Part shown: positions 26,487-36,508 of the stretch, in pieces
Layout: each line of letters begins with the position of its first letter
How positions within the stretch are numbered: position 1 is the stretch's first letter
NCBI GenBank assembly: GCA_035285125.1
Contig: JAYKHR010000066.1
Span: 1-64,000, forward strand
Direction of reading: 5' to 3'
DNA from: Candidatus Sericytochromatia bacterium
GTDB taxonomy: Bacteria > Cyanobacteriota > Sericytochromatia > S15B-MN24 > JAQBPE01
DNA: 64,000 nucleotides
Translations under genes and position numbers: made by a program
The notes under the pieces: model-generated
Told to the model about the DNA's origin: nothing
The model's database searches: none
The model's input: the letters and a program-made list of their open reading frames with translations, nothing else

Positions 26487-27923
26487 TCAGCGCCTCCGCA
26501 TCCGCAACGTCTCGCGGGTGGCCCGTTCCACCCACTCCGGGCTCTGCGCCGCCCGGACGGCGCGCTCGGCATCCACGCGGCCTGCACCGTACACCTCGTC
26601 CCGGCCGGGGACGCCCAGATCGACGCACGATTGCCGGATCAGGTCCTCGACGAGGGCGCCGGGAAGCTGGGCCGGCGTGAGCTTGACGTCGCGGCCCGTG
26701 GTGGCCCGAAGGTTGGACTCGACGGCCTCCAGCATCGCGGAGGTCGCGAGGGCGGCCACGGCGGCCACGAAAGGGGACGCCATGGAGGTGCCGTTGAGGC
26801 TCTCGAAGCCGTCGCCCTTCGGGGGCTCGCCAGTGTGCGGGTGCGCGTAGGTCGGCACCGTCGACAGGATGCTCGCGCCGGGGGCCGAGACCCCGAGGGT
26901 GTGACCGAAGTTGGAGAACCGGGCGAGCCGATCCATCGGATCGGTGGCATGAACGGCCAGCACGCCGTCGAGGTACTTGGCCTGGCCCGTGTAGGCATTC
27001 GAGCCGCGATTCCCCGCCGAGACGCACACCACGAGGCCGTGCCCCCGCGCGAAGGCCAGCATCTGGGACACCAACTCGTCGTCGGCAATGCCGGCGCTGA
27101 TGTTGATGACCTTCGCGCCACCTTGGGTGGCGGCATAGTGCAGAGCCTTCGCCAGAGAGATGGGGTTGTAGTAAGTGCCCTTGTACTTCCCGTCCTCGAA
27201 GTAGGGCTCGAAGATCTTGATGGCGAGCACCCGGCACCCGGGCGCCACGCCCGCCACACCGATCCCGTTGTCGGCCTTGGCGGCGATGATGCCGGCCACG
27301 TGGGTGCCGTGGCTGTCGATGTCGCGCGAGTCGGGCTTGCCCTCGGCCATGTCCGGCCCGTCGATCACCTGGCCGAGCAGGTCCGGGTGGCTTGCGTCCG
27401 CGCCCGTGTCGAGCGCCGCAACGAGGACGTCCGGCCTGCCGCGCGTGATCTGCCAGGCACCCGGGACCCGGGCGATGGCGTGCGACCACTGCTCGAACAG
27501 GCGGGGGTCGTTGGCGGCGGCGGCCGGGGCGGGGGCGCGCGGCACCTGGATGGCGGGCGGCGCCGCGGGGGCGGGAGCGACCTGTTGCTCGACGGGGAAC
27601 AGTTCCAGCCGCTCGATCCGCGTCACACCGGGCGCCTGCTGGTAGGCCGCGATGGCCTGCTCCACCGTCAGGCCGGGGGGCAACCGGTGGACCTGGTGCT
27701 CCCCGAACCGCTGGGACACCACGACGCCCGGCGCCGCGGGCTGGACCTCACCGCCGGCCCGCAACAGCACGTGGTGCTTGCTGAAGCGGGAGCCGTCCGC
27801 GCGCAGGCTGCGAGGCTTGAACTTGCCCCCCGTCACGCCGTGGGCGACGGGGCTGAACTGCTGACCTGCGCCGCACCCCGCGAGCACGACGGCCAACGAC
27901 ACCAGCAGCGACAGACCCCTCAT
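26487..27923 (-). CDS. Subtilisin-like S8 serine protease, lipoprotein
   Basis: Lipobox LAGC; catalytic triad in ALDTG, HGTHVAG and GTSMASP; SAGN; GAGGAGG SD. Confidence 0.95.
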   Translation of the reverse strand: MRGLSLLVSLAVVLAGCGAGQQFSPVAHGVTGGKFKPRSLRADGSRFSKHHVLLRAGGEVQPAAPGVVVSQRFGEHQVHRLPPGLTVEQAIAAYQQAPGVTRIERLELFPVEQQVAPAPAAPPAIQVPRAPAPAAAANDPRLFEQWSHAIARVPGAWQITRGRPDVLVAALDTGADASHPDLLGQVIDGPDMAEGKPDSRDIDSHGTHVAGIIAAKADNGIGVAGVAPGCRVLAIKIFEPYFEDGKYKGTYYNPISLAKALHYAATQGGAKVINISAGIADDELVSQMLAFARGHGLVVCVSAGNRGSNAYTGQAKYLDGVLAVHATDPMDRLARFSNFGHTLGVSAPGASILSTVPTYAHPHTGEPPKGDGFESLNGTSMASPFVAAVAALATSAMLEAVESNLRATTGRDVKLTPAQLPGALVEDLIRQSCVDLGVPGRDEVYGAGRVDAERAVRAAQSPEWVERATRETLRMRRR

Positions 27924-28001
27924 GGGCGCAACCCTCCTCAGGCACACAGGCCCGTGACGGGTTGTCGGGCGCCCGAGCCTGAAGCTTGCGTTAAGGGTTA
28001 C

Positions 28002-28823
28002 TTAAAGCCCGGCGCCCGGGAAGGGAACGGCGATGCGCAGACCGGGGCTCGGGGCGGCCGACGGCTCGGGCGCCGGCGTGGCTCCCCCGGGGGCAGGGCC
28101 GCCAGCGGCGACCGTGGCCTCGACAAGGGCCTTCATGTCGAAATTGTCGGAGGTGTCCGTTTTGCGCCCGAGAGGGATGGCCACATCGCGGTGACGGGTG
28201 ACGCGCTTCCAGTCGAGCTTGTAAGCGTGCATCAAGAACGCCATCAGCTTGCCAAGGGCCTCGTACTGGCTCTTGGGGTAGTCATCGAGGTTGTTGCCGA
28301 GGTTGCAGATTTCGATCCCGATGCTGAAGTGGTTGACGTTGTCCCGGCCCGCGAACACGGACTTGCCGGCGTGCCAGGAGGCTGCCGTGTCAGGCACGCA
28401 CTGCACCAGCATCCCATCCTTGCCGACGACGTAGTGGGAGCTGACCTCCGACGACGGCTTCGAGAAGAACATCCCGATGCGCCGGGCATCGGCCGGGCTG
28501 GCGGTGTGGTGCAACACGATGGCCGTGACGTCGGCCGGGCCGCCGGCCCGCGGGTTGCGGTTCGGCGAGTCGATGGCGATCATGCCGGGCTTGTCCGGCC
28601 CCTCTCGGAACACGGGCGGCTGCATCCGCGTCCCGAAGACCTTCGCGCCCGGGTCGATGCGCCGGGCCACCTCGGCGTCGCAGGGTTCCAGGCCGCGAAC
28701 CTCTGAGGCAGCGCGCGCGCCCTGGGCAGCGCGCACCACGGGCGCGGGCTGGAACCGGCCGCAGCCAGCTGCCAGGAACGCCACCATCACGGTGGAGAGG
28801 ACCAAGGGGCGATGAAGGGACAC
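28002..28823 (-). CDS. N-acetylmuramoyl-L-alanine amidase (Amidase_2/AmpD-like), lipoprotein
   Basis: IVLHHTA, SSHYVV, WHAG, SIGIEI and RHRD...RKTD; lipobox AAGC. Confidence 0.92.
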   Translation of the reverse strand: MSLHRPLVLSTVMVAFLAAGCGRFQPAPVVRAAQGARAASEVRGLEPCDAEVARRIDPGAKVFGTRMQPPVFREGPDKPGMIAIDSPNRNPRAGGPADVTAIVLHHTASPADARRIGMFFSKPSSEVSSHYVVGKDGMLVQCVPDTAASWHAGKSVFAGRDNVNHFSIGIEICNLGNNLDDYPKSQYEALGKLMAFLMHAYKLDWKRVTRHRDVAIPLGRKTDTSDNFDMKALVEATVAAGGPAPGGATPAPEPSAAPSPGLRIAVPFPGAGL

Positions 28824-28844
28824 GCGAACCTCCGGGCATCTTTG

Positions 28845-28960
28845 CCACGTTAAGAATGGTTGAAGGCGACCCTAATAATAGCAAGCTCCGACGAGGCAAA
28901 AGCCCCTTGGCACCCTGCTTAATGGTAATTTATCACATTTAATCGACCTTTAACAATCTG
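28845..28960. promoter_or_regulatory. AT-rich divergent promoter region with phased TTAA/TTAT direct repeats
   Basis: TTAA at 28919, TTAT at 28930, TTAA at 28939 and 28950 (two 11-bp-spaced pairs). Confidence 0.45.
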
Positions 28961-29030
28961 CGGGCTTGCCACCCGCGGGCCCCTCGCGTCTACTGGACGC
29001 GGGCGCAGCGCCCGTCGATCGGAGGCCCCC

Positions 29031-30188
29031 TTGGCCCGCTACGAAGTCATCGCGACCGCCGCCTTCGGGCTCGAGTCCCAGGTTGCCTGGGAGCTCAAGG
29101 CCCTGGGCCATGAAGACCAGATGGTCGAGCAGGGCCGGGTGCGCTTCCGCACCGATGAGGTCGGCATCGCGCGGGCCAACGTGTGGCTCCGGGTGGCCGA
29201 TCGCCTGCAGCTGGTGGTGGGAGAATTCCCAGCCAGCACCTTCGACGAGCTGTACGACGGCGTGCGCGGCCTGCCATGGGCCGACCTGATCGCCCGAGAT
29301 GCCGCGCTGCCCGTCGATGGCAAGTCCGTGAAGTCGACGCTGACGTCTGTCCCCGCCGTCCAGGGCGTGGTGAAGAAGGCCGTGGTGGATGCCCTCGCCA
29401 GGCGCCACGGCCTCACCGTGTTGCCCGAGACCGGCGCGCGGCATCGCATCCTGGTGGCCCTGCGCGAGAACCTGGCGACGCTGACGCTCGATCTGACGGG
29501 CGATGGGCTGCACAGGCGGGGATACCGGGACTTGGTCGGGACGGCCCCGCTGAAGGAGACCATGGCCGCCGGGCTGGTGTCGCTGGCGCGCTGGAAGGGA
29601 GACTGGCCGCTGGTGGACCCGATGTGCGGCTCCGGCACCATCGCGATCGAGGCCGCGATGCAGGCTCTCGACCTCGCCCCTGGGCTGCGTCGCGCCTTCG
29701 ATGCCGAGCGTTTCCGCTTCATGCCCGTCACCGCCTGGAAGGCTGCCCGCGAAGAGGCGAGCGACCGGGCCCGCGCAGACCGCGACGTGCGCGTTTTCGC
29801 CAGCGATCGCGACCCGGAGGCCCTGGCCCTGGCCGAGCGCCACGCCCGCCAGGCCGGCGTGGCAGCGGCCGTGCGGCTGTCGCGAGCCCCGGTGCGGGAT
29901 CTGGCGCCGGTGGAGGGGCGCGGCCTCATCGTCACCAACCCGCCCTACGCCGAGCGACTGGGCGACGGCCCGGAGGTCGAGAGCCTTTACAGGCAAATGG
30001 GCGAGGTGTTCGGCCGCCTGCCCGGCTGGGCCATCCATGTGCTCTGTGCCCACGAGGGGTTCGAGCGCCACTATGGCCGGATGGCAGACAAGCGGCGGAA
30101 GCTCTACAACGGCAACCTCCGCTGCCAGCTCTTCCAGTACCGGGCGGCCCGGCCCCCGCGCTCCGAGGAGTCACCCGCCCAGGGCTGA
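29031..30188 (+). CDS. THUMP-domain 23S rRNA m2G methyltransferase (RlmL/YpsC-like)
   Basis: LHRRGYR, APLKETMAAG, DPMCGSGTIAIEAA, TNPPYAER and KLYNG. Confidence 0.93.
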   Translation: MARYEVIATAAFGLESQVAWELKALGHEDQMVEQGRVRFRTDEVGIARANVWLRVADRLQLVVGEFPASTFDELYDGVRGLPWADLIARDAALPVDGKSVKSTLTSVPAVQGVVKKAVVDALARRHGLTVLPETGARHRILVALRENLATLTLDLTGDGLHRRGYRDLVGTAPLKETMAAGLVSLARWKGDWPLVDPMCGSGTIAIEAAMQALDLAPGLRRAFDAERFRFMPVTAWKAAREEASDRARADRDVRVFASDRDPEALALAERHARQAGVAAAVRLSRAPVRDLAPVEGRGLIVTNPPYAERLGDGPEVESLYRQMGEVFGRLPGWAIHVLCAHEGFERHYGRMADKRRKLYNGNLRCQLFQYRAARPPRSEESPAQG

Positions 30189-30216
30189 GGGTGCCGGGGC
30201 GCCGGTCCCGCTCGTC

Positions 30217-31434
30217 TCACCCGGGCAGGGTGCCGAGGGCTTCCACGAGGCGGGTCGCTGCCCCGGCATCGCCCATGGCGCCCTTCAGGTCACGCGTGAT
30301 AGCCTGCCGGCGGCCAGGGTCGGTCAGGACCTCCAGCACGAGATCAGCGAGTTCCTCCGGGGGAAAGGCGCCCATCAGCTCAGGCGTTGCCGCCCGGCCG
30401 AGCCGCTGGTTGGGGAGGGCCATGAGCGGCCGATGGCGCAGGAGCTCGGCGGCCATCCGCCGCTTGAGCCAGGCCCCCAGCAGTGGCGTATCGCCGACCC
30501 GGCCGAGCAAGCCGTCGACGGGAATCACCTCCGGCCGGTGCAGCGGCAGTGCCACCACCATCGGCACGCCCAGCACCGCCAGCTCCGCCGTGTTCGTGCC
30601 CGGCAGCGTCAGCGCCACCGTGAGGTCGCGGCAGGCGAAGCGCGGGTCCGCCGTGGCCTCGACCCGCACCAGCGTGCCCGCCTCCGTGCGGAGCGCAGGC
30701 TCGCCTGCGTGTTCGACCAGTTGCGCCGTGACGCCCCCCGTCACGCCCGCCCTCTTGGCGTCGGCCGCGGCGGCCACGAGGTCGCTCAGCGGCACCGTCG
30801 GGGCAAGAGGTAGCAGAAACCGGGTGTCGGGTCGCCGTTGCCGGATGAGGTCGGCAACCCGCAAGAACAGCGGCGTGACCCACTGCACCTTGAAGGGCTT
30901 GGACCCTGGCAGCAGCCCGACAGTGGCCTCCAGCTCCCGCCGCGGCCCCGCCGCGGTCACGGCGTCCACCATGAGGTTGCCGATCAGCGTCACGGCGTCC
31001 GGCGCTGCGCCAGCTGCCCTGACCCGCCTTGCCACCGCCTCGTCGGCGCACAGGAAGCCGGCCACGCGGCTGGTCCAGCGGCCCGTCGTTTCGGTGTAGA
31101 CGGCCACGGGCCAGCCCAGCCGCGCCCCGAGCGCCACGGCCCAAAGCTGGTCACCGCCGAGGTGCAGCACCACGCCGCGGTCAGCCGGCGTGAAGCCTGC
31201 GGGGGGACGAGCCGTTGCCAGCCAGCGCGCGGTCTGGCCCGGCCTCGCCACCAGCGGAGGCTCCGGCCAGCGTCCGACGGCCCGAGCCTCCTCACCGCTG
31301 GCATAGGGACACCACACGAGGGCCACGCCCACCGCCTGGTCGGGGTGCCTGCGCCGCCAGGCCCTCACCACCGGTTTCACCCAGGAGGCGAGCTCACCGG
31401 GGCCGTTGCTCACGATTAGCAGGCTGATGGGCAT
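30217..31434 (-). CDS. Lipid-A-disaccharide synthase-like glycosyltransferase (cyanobacterial-type LpxB-like)
   Basis: IVSNGPGELASWVKPV, HLGGDQ, GLLPGSKPFK, PGTNTAELA and ALPN. Confidence 0.85.
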   Translation of the reverse strand: MPISLLIVSNGPGELASWVKPVVRAWRRRHPDQAVGVALVWCPYASGEEARAVGRWPEPPLVARPGQTARWLATARPPAGFTPADRGVVLHLGGDQLWAVALGARLGWPVAVYTETTGRWTSRVAGFLCADEAVARRVRAAGAAPDAVTLIGNLMVDAVTAAGPRRELEATVGLLPGSKPFKVQWVTPLFLRVADLIRQRRPDTRFLLPLAPTVPLSDLVAAAADAKRAGVTGGVTAQLVEHAGEPALRTEAGTLVRVEATADPRFACRDLTVALTLPGTNTAELAVLGVPMVVALPLHRPEVIPVDGLLGRVGDTPLLGAWLKRRMAAELLRHRPLMALPNQRLGRAATPELMGAFPPEELADLVLEVLTDPGRRQAITRDLKGAMGDAGAATRLVEALGTLPG

Positions 31435-31435
31435 G

Positions 31436-31496
31436 ATTTAAAAATCTTAGTGAAATTCACTGCTGCGCAAATAAACTTAACAAAACGTGTTATAAT
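31436..31496. promoter_or_regulatory. AT-rich bidirectional promoter with palindromes
   Basis: Extended -10 TGTTATAAT (31488-31496, plus); TAAGAT (31449-31444, minus); AGTGAA-A-TTCACT (31449-31461). Confidence 0.6.
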
Positions 31497-31533
31497 GCGC
31501 GGACTGCACGAAGCAGGAAGGAGGAACCATCTC

Positions 31534-32049
31534 ATGGGGAGCAGCCAGCCACACACCCCGTCTCGTACCCTCGCCGCGACGGCATCTCGCTACCTCACCG
31601 GCACCCTGGACAACCTCCAGCGCTGGGTCGATCAGGCAAGCAGCGCGCTGTCACGGGCTGAGGTCTGGCAGGTGTCGCGTCAGGTGATCGGCCAGGCCAT
31701 TCGGTCCTCCCGGCACGCGATCGAGCAGGCCAGCGAGCGCGCCGAGCACGAGGATGCCTGGGGGGCAGCCCGAACGGCCACCTGCGGGGGCGTCGAGGCG
31801 CTGCGGGACACCGTGCGGGCCTGTGCCGACGAGGTCACGCGCGTCGAGGCCGTCGCCACCACCTCCCACCTCCTCGAGGAAAGCCTCGAGCTGGCCCGCA
31901 GGCAGCTGGAGTTGTCCTTCGACGCGCTGGAGGACCTCGGGGGGATCGTGCGTCACGGCCTCGAGGCGCGCCCCGGCGCCGTGACTCGCGTCGAGATCGA
32001 CGCGGAGCAGGTGGGCAGGGTGGTCGAGCCGCACATCACCACGCCCTGA
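31534..32049 (+). CDS. Hypothetical all-helical protein
   Basis: AGGAGG SD and an upstream extended -10; amphipathic helical pattern. Confidence 0.75.
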   Translation: MGSSQPHTPSRTLAATASRYLTGTLDNLQRWVDQASSALSRAEVWQVSRQVIGQAIRSSRHAIEQASERAEHEDAWGAARTATCGGVEALRDTVRACADEVTRVEAVATTSHLLEESLELARRQLELSFDALEDLGGIVRHGLEARPGAVTRVEIDAEQVGRVVEPHITTP

Positions 32050-32128
32050 AGGCGGGTCACGGCCACGGCCCTCGGCCTATCCGCCGGGGGCCCGCGCGGG
32101 CTATACTGGGGCCCATACCGCATCCCGG

Positions 32129-33301
32129 ATGGAGCGCCCGATGCCTACCCAGACCCTCCACCCAGCCCCCCAAGGCGCCGACGCCGACGAACGTTTCATG
32201 GCGCGGGCGCTTGAGCTTGCCTGGCAGGGCCGCGGCTGGACCAGCCCCAACCCCATGGTGGGAGCGGTGGTCGTCCGGGACGGGCACATCGTGGGGGAGG
32301 GCTTTCACCCGCAGGCCGGCAAGCCCCACGCGGAGGTCTTTGCGCTCGACGCCGCCGGCGACGATGCCCGCGGGGCAACGCTCTACGTCACGCTCGAGCC
32401 CTGTGCGCACCACGGCCGGACGCCCCCCTGCGTCGAGCGGGTGCTGGCGGCCGGCGTCAGGCGCGTCGTGGCCGCCGTGGTTGACCCCAACCCGCTGGTC
32501 GCTGGCCGGGGCATGGCGGCCCTCGAGGCGGCCGGCGTGGAGGTCGCCGTGGGCGTGCTCGGCCAGGAGGCCGCGACGGCCAACGAGCGGTTCTTCAAGT
32601 ACATCCGCACCAAGCGGCCGTTCGTCGCGATCAAGACGGGCATGAGCCTCGACGGCAAGATCGCGACGGCCTCCGGGGAAAGCCAGTGGATCACGAACGA
32701 CCACTCGCGCGGCCACGTCCAGATCCTCCGGGCCACGTACGATGCCGTCATGGTGGGGGTCAACACCGTGGTGCAGGACAACCCCCGCCTCACGTGCCGC
32801 ATTTCGGGCGGGCGGCAACCCGTGCGCATCATCATCGACTCGATGGCCCGCACGCCCCTGAACGCGAACCTGTTCGCCAAGCCGGCGGGCACCTCCGCGT
32901 TGCGTTCCAACACCATCGTCTGCGTGGGCAGCAAGGCCCCGGACGAGCGCGTGCGGGCGCTGCGCGAGATGGGGGCCGAGATCCTGCTCTGCCACGATGC
33001 GGGCTTCTCCTCTGACACGCATATCGACCTGGCCAAGTTGATGGTCACGCTTGGCAAGCGGGAAATCACGAGCATCCTGCTCGAGGGCGGCGGGACGCTC
33101 AACGCCGCAGCCCTGGAAGCGGGCATTGTCGACAAGGTCTACGTCTATGTGGCACCGAAGCTCATCGGTGGCGTGGGCGCCCCCACGATGGTGGAGGGCA
33201 GCGGCGTCACCCTCCTCGAAGAGGCCGTGCAACTCCACCGCCTGACGGCCACGGAGATGGGGGGCGACATCTTGCTGGAAGCCTACACCCAGCCGGAGTA
33301 G
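32129..33301 (+). CDS. ribD: Bifunctional riboflavin deaminase/reductase
   Basis: PNPMVG, HAE, TLEPC....RTPPC, SLDGKIA and LEGG. Confidence 0.97.
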   Translation: MERPMPTQTLHPAPQGADADERFMARALELAWQGRGWTSPNPMVGAVVVRDGHIVGEGFHPQAGKPHAEVFALDAAGDDARGATLYVTLEPCAHHGRTPPCVERVLAAGVRRVVAAVVDPNPLVAGRGMAALEAAGVEVAVGVLGQEAATANERFFKYIRTKRPFVAIKTGMSLDGKIATASGESQWITNDHSRGHVQILRATYDAVMVGVNTVVQDNPRLTCRISGGRQPVRIIIDSMARTPLNANLFAKPAGTSALRSNTIVCVGSKAPDERVRALREMGAEILLCHDAGFSSDTHIDLAKLMVTLGKREITSILLEGGGTLNAAALEAGIVDKVYVYVAPKLIGGVGAPTMVEGSGVTLLEEAVQLHRLTATEMGGDILLEAYTQPE

Positions 33302-33303
33302 GG

Positions 33304-33933
33304 ATGTTTACCGGGATCATCGAAGAGGTCGGCACGCTGACCCACCACGCCCCAGGACGCCTCGCCGTTCGCGCCCCGCGCACCGCAGCCGAGGTCGCGC
33401 TGGGCGACTCGGTGGCGACCAATGGCATCTGCCTCACCGTGACCCGCGTCGAGGGCGAGGTGATGCACTTCGACTACTCGCGCTCCACCCGGGAGGTGAC
33501 GACCATTGCCGACTGGCGCGTGGGGGACAGCCTGAACCTCGAGCAAGCCTTGACCCTCGGCAAGCGTCTGGGTGGGCACCTGGTGGCCGGGCACGTGGAC
33601 AGCGTGGGCACCATCCGCACCGTGCGCGAGGGGACCGAAGGGGTCTTCGTGCAGGTGGGGGTGCCAGCGGACCTTCAACGCTACCTCATCCCCAAGGGGT
33701 CGATCGCCGTGGACGGCATCAGCCTCACCTTGGTCGAGGTGCACCGGGACGCCGTCGATCTGACGATCGTCCCCCATACGTGGAAGCACACGAGCCTGGC
33801 GGACAAGCGTCCGGGGGCCCGCGTCAACCTCGAGGCGGACCTGCTGGGCAAGTACGTCGAGCGCCTGCTGGCAGGTGGCTCGGGGCAGGCCCGGGGGTTG
33901 ACGCTCGATGAACTGGCTAGTCAGGGGTACTGA
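33304..33933 (+). CDS. ribE: Riboflavin synthase
   Basis: MFTGIIEEVG, NGICLTV, GGHLVAGHVD and KGSIAVDGISLT. Confidence 0.97.
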   Translation: MFTGIIEEVGTLTHHAPGRLAVRAPRTAAEVALGDSVATNGICLTVTRVEGEVMHFDYSRSTREVTTIADWRVGDSLNLEQALTLGKRLGGHLVAGHVDSVGTIRTVREGTEGVFVQVGVPADLQRYLIPKGSIAVDGISLTLVEVHRDAVDLTIVPHTWKHTSLADKRPGARVNLEADLLGKYVERLLAGGSGQARGLTLDELASQGY

Positions 33934-33936
33934 GTG

Positions 33937-35142
33937 ATGGGTGCGGCGGAGTTCGAGTTCTCGGCGATCGAAGAGGTCCTCGAGGCCCTTCGCGAGGGGC
34001 GCATGGTGCTGGTCGTGGACGACGAGGACCGCGAAAACGAGGGCGACCTCATCGCGGCATCCTCCACCACCACGCCGGAGACGATCAACTTCATGGCGAC
34101 GCACGGCCGCGGCCTCATCTGCGTGGCCATCCCGCCCGAGACTGCAATCCGGCTGTCGCTGCAGCAGATGAGCGCGACCAACACGGACCGCCAGGGAACC
34201 GCCTTCACCGTCTCCGTCGATGCAACGGAGGGCACCACCACCGGCATCAGCGCCTTTGACCGCGCCCGCACGGTGGCCGTGATGGTGGACCCGGCGTCCC
34301 GCCCCGGGGACCTGCGCCGCCCCGGCCACATCTTTCCGGTCGTGGCCCGCGGGGGGGGCGTGCTGGAGCGGGCGGGCCACACCGAGGCCGCCGTGGACCT
34401 CGCACGGCTGGCTGGCCTTGCCCCCAGCGGGGTGATCTGCGAGGTCATGAATGCCGATGGCACGATGGCCAGGCTTCCGCAACTCGCCGAGATGGCCCGA
34501 GAGCACGGGCTGCCTCTCACGTCGATTGCGCGGCTGATCCAGCACAGGCTCCGGACCGAGCGTTTCGTCGAGCGCCGCGCCGTGGCGCAGCTGCCGAGCA
34601 ACTGGGGAGAGTTTCAGATCTACGGCTACGTCAATGGCCTGGACGGCAGCGAGCACGTCGCCCTGGTGCTCGGAGACCCCACCGAGGCGGGCACCCTGGT
34701 GCGGATGCACTCGGAGTGCCTGACGGGTGATGCCCTGGGCTCCCGCCGCTGCGACTGCGGGGAGCAACGGGATGCTGCCCTGGCCGCCATCCGCGACGAG
34801 GGGCGGGGGGTCTTCGTCTACCTCAAGCAGGAGGGCCGCGGCATCGGCCTCATCAACAAGCTGCACGCGTATGCGCTCCAGGATGAAGGCCTCGACACCG
34901 TGGAGGCCAACCAGCGCCTGGGCTTCCCGGCGGATCTTCGCCAGTACGGCGTTGGTGCTCAGATCCTGGTGGACCTGGGGATCACCTCCATGCGGCTGCT
35001 GACGAACAACCCGCGAAAGGTCGTCGGGCTGGAGGGCTATGGGTTGACGGTCTCGGACCGGGTGCCCGTGCGCGTGCAGGCCAACCCGCACAACCAGCAT
35101 TACCTCGGCACGAAGCGCGCCAAGTTGGGGCACATGCTGTGA
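33937..35142 (+). CDS. ribBA: DHBP synthase / GTP cyclohydrolase II
   Basis: DDEDRENEGD, GHTEA, RMHSECLTGD..GSRRCDC and QEGRGIGL. Confidence 0.97.
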   Translation: MGAAEFEFSAIEEVLEALREGRMVLVVDDEDRENEGDLIAASSTTTPETINFMATHGRGLICVAIPPETAIRLSLQQMSATNTDRQGTAFTVSVDATEGTTTGISAFDRARTVAVMVDPASRPGDLRRPGHIFPVVARGGGVLERAGHTEAAVDLARLAGLAPSGVICEVMNADGTMARLPQLAEMAREHGLPLTSIARLIQHRLRTERFVERRAVAQLPSNWGEFQIYGYVNGLDGSEHVALVLGDPTEAGTLVRMHSECLTGDALGSRRCDCGEQRDAALAAIRDEGRGVFVYLKQEGRGIGLINKLHAYALQDEGLDTVEANQRLGFPADLRQYGVGAQILVDLGITSMRLLTNNPRKVVGLEGYGLTVSDRVPVRVQANPHNQHYLGTKRAKLGHML

Positions 35143-35612
35143 CGGCGGAGCGGCAGCCAGCGGCCCAGCAGCCGGAGCTCTCGCTGCGCGGCCACCACCT
35201 GCTGTGCACGCTGCACTTCCAGGGGGCCGGCTACTCCTCCGACTTTGTGGCGAACTTCAAGGCGCTGATGGAGGGGGTTGCCGCGCGGGACCACACCTGG
35301 GTCCGCGTTGCCCCGCTGGCAGACGACATCTGTGGCGCCTGTCCGTCCCTGCAGCCCGATGGCGAGACCTGTGCCTACCAGGCCTCGATCATGCGACGGG
35401 ACGCGGCGCTGCTGGACCACATGGGCTGGCAGCCCGGAGAGGTCTTGGAACTCGGGGCGGCCCACCTGGCCGTCTTGACGGAGCGAGAGGCCCTGATGGC
35501 TGACGTTTGCTCCGGCTGCGAGTGGCTCCCACGCTGCACGTCCAACGGCCCCAACGGCATCGCGAGCCCGTTGCGTCGCACCTCCCGGCGGGAGGAGGAG
35601 GGTTCTTCGTGA
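35139..35612 (+). CDS. DUF1284-family Cys-rich protein
   Basis: LRGHHLLC...F.G.GYS..FV.N, DDICGACP and CSGCEW...C. Confidence 0.88.
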   Translation: MTAERQPAAQQPELSLRGHHLLCTLHFQGAGYSSDFVANFKALMEGVAARDHTWVRVAPLADDICGACPSLQPDGETCAYQASIMRRDAALLDHMGWQPGEVLELGAAHLAVLTEREALMADVCSGCEWLPRCTSNGPNGIASPLRRTSRREEEGSS

Positions 35613-35857
35613 TCTCACCCGAAAAGATTGCCCGCATCAACGAGCTGGCCCGCAAGGCGAAGGGGGGCGAAGGCCTGACATCCGCAGAGCGGGAGGAGCA
35701 GGCGGCCCTGCGGCAAGAGTACATCGCGGCCGTGCGTCAAAGCCTGCAGCCACAGCTCGAGAGCATCCGGTACGTCGACGATATGGGGCAGATCATCAAC
35801 CCCCAGACGGGCGCGACGGAAGGCTTTGTGCGCGACGATCCGCGGGAGGGTCGGTGA
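35609..35857 (+). CDS. DUF896 (YnzC/UPF0291) family protein
   Basis: IARINELARKAK..GLT..E..EQ..LRQEYI; GGAGGAGG SD and GTGA overlap. Confidence 0.92.
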   Translation: MISPEKIARINELARKAKGGEGLTSAEREEQAALRQEYIAAVRQSLQPQLESIRYVDDMGQIINPQTGATEGFVRDDPREGR

Positions 35858-36474
35858 CGGCGCGGAGGGCGTTGGCCCCCGAGGAGCTGGAGCATCTCGG
35901 CACCCTCAAGGGCTCCCTCGACGGGGCCTTGAACGGGGCCTTGCTCACAGCAGGGCTCACGGCCCTGCCCGTGGGCTTCGTGGCAGCCGCGCTGCGGGGC
36001 GGCGGCGGCGCGGGGGACCCCGTCGCCTTGGTGCTGGCTGCGGGTATCCTCGGCGGCTTGACGGCCGCCGTGGTCTGGCTGGGTGGGGCCAGGGGCCGGG
36101 CACCGTTGCTTCGCGCCGGCGACCTGCGGCTGCGGGCCCGCCTCGCCGAGGACCTTGCCGAGCGGCAGGCGCGAGCCGTCGATGGCATCGTGTCGGCCAA
36201 GCACCAGGAGGCCGAGCGCCCCTGGTACGCGTGGCGGGCTCGCCAGGGGGCGCCGCGGCGCTGTTGGCTGGAGGTGGCAGGGGAGCGACTGGAGGTCACC
36301 CCGGCGCGGTGGCTGGCCACCCCCCTGGGGCTCCAAATGGCCTTCACTGTCGCAGATCGCTCAGGCGTGGTGCTCGCCATCGACGGTGTGCGCGAGCGGC
36401 TGCCGCTGACGCGCACCTCGAAGCCGGAGGGGCAGGCCGACATCATCGGCCTGCCCGTAAACCGCAACAGATGA
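35854..36474 (+). CDS. Hypothetical two-TM membrane protein
   Basis: GTGA overlap, GGAGG SD and two hydrophobic segments. Confidence 0.65.
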   Translation: MTARRALAPEELEHLGTLKGSLDGALNGALLTAGLTALPVGFVAAALRGGGGAGDPVALVLAAGILGGLTAAVVWLGGARGRAPLLRAGDLRLRARLAEDLAERQARAVDGIVSAKHQEAERPWYAWRARQGAPRRCWLEVAGERLEVTPARWLATPLGLQMAFTVADRSGVVLAIDGVRERLPLTRTSKPEGQADIIGLPVNRNR

Positions 36475-36508
36475 CAGCCCTGATGCGCGGCCGGTCCGGC
36501 CGCGGGGC

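Noticed and set aside
32050..32128. FMN riboswitch upstream of ribD
   Set aside because: The gap is about 80 nt, has a TATACT -10 close to the start and no RFN motifs.
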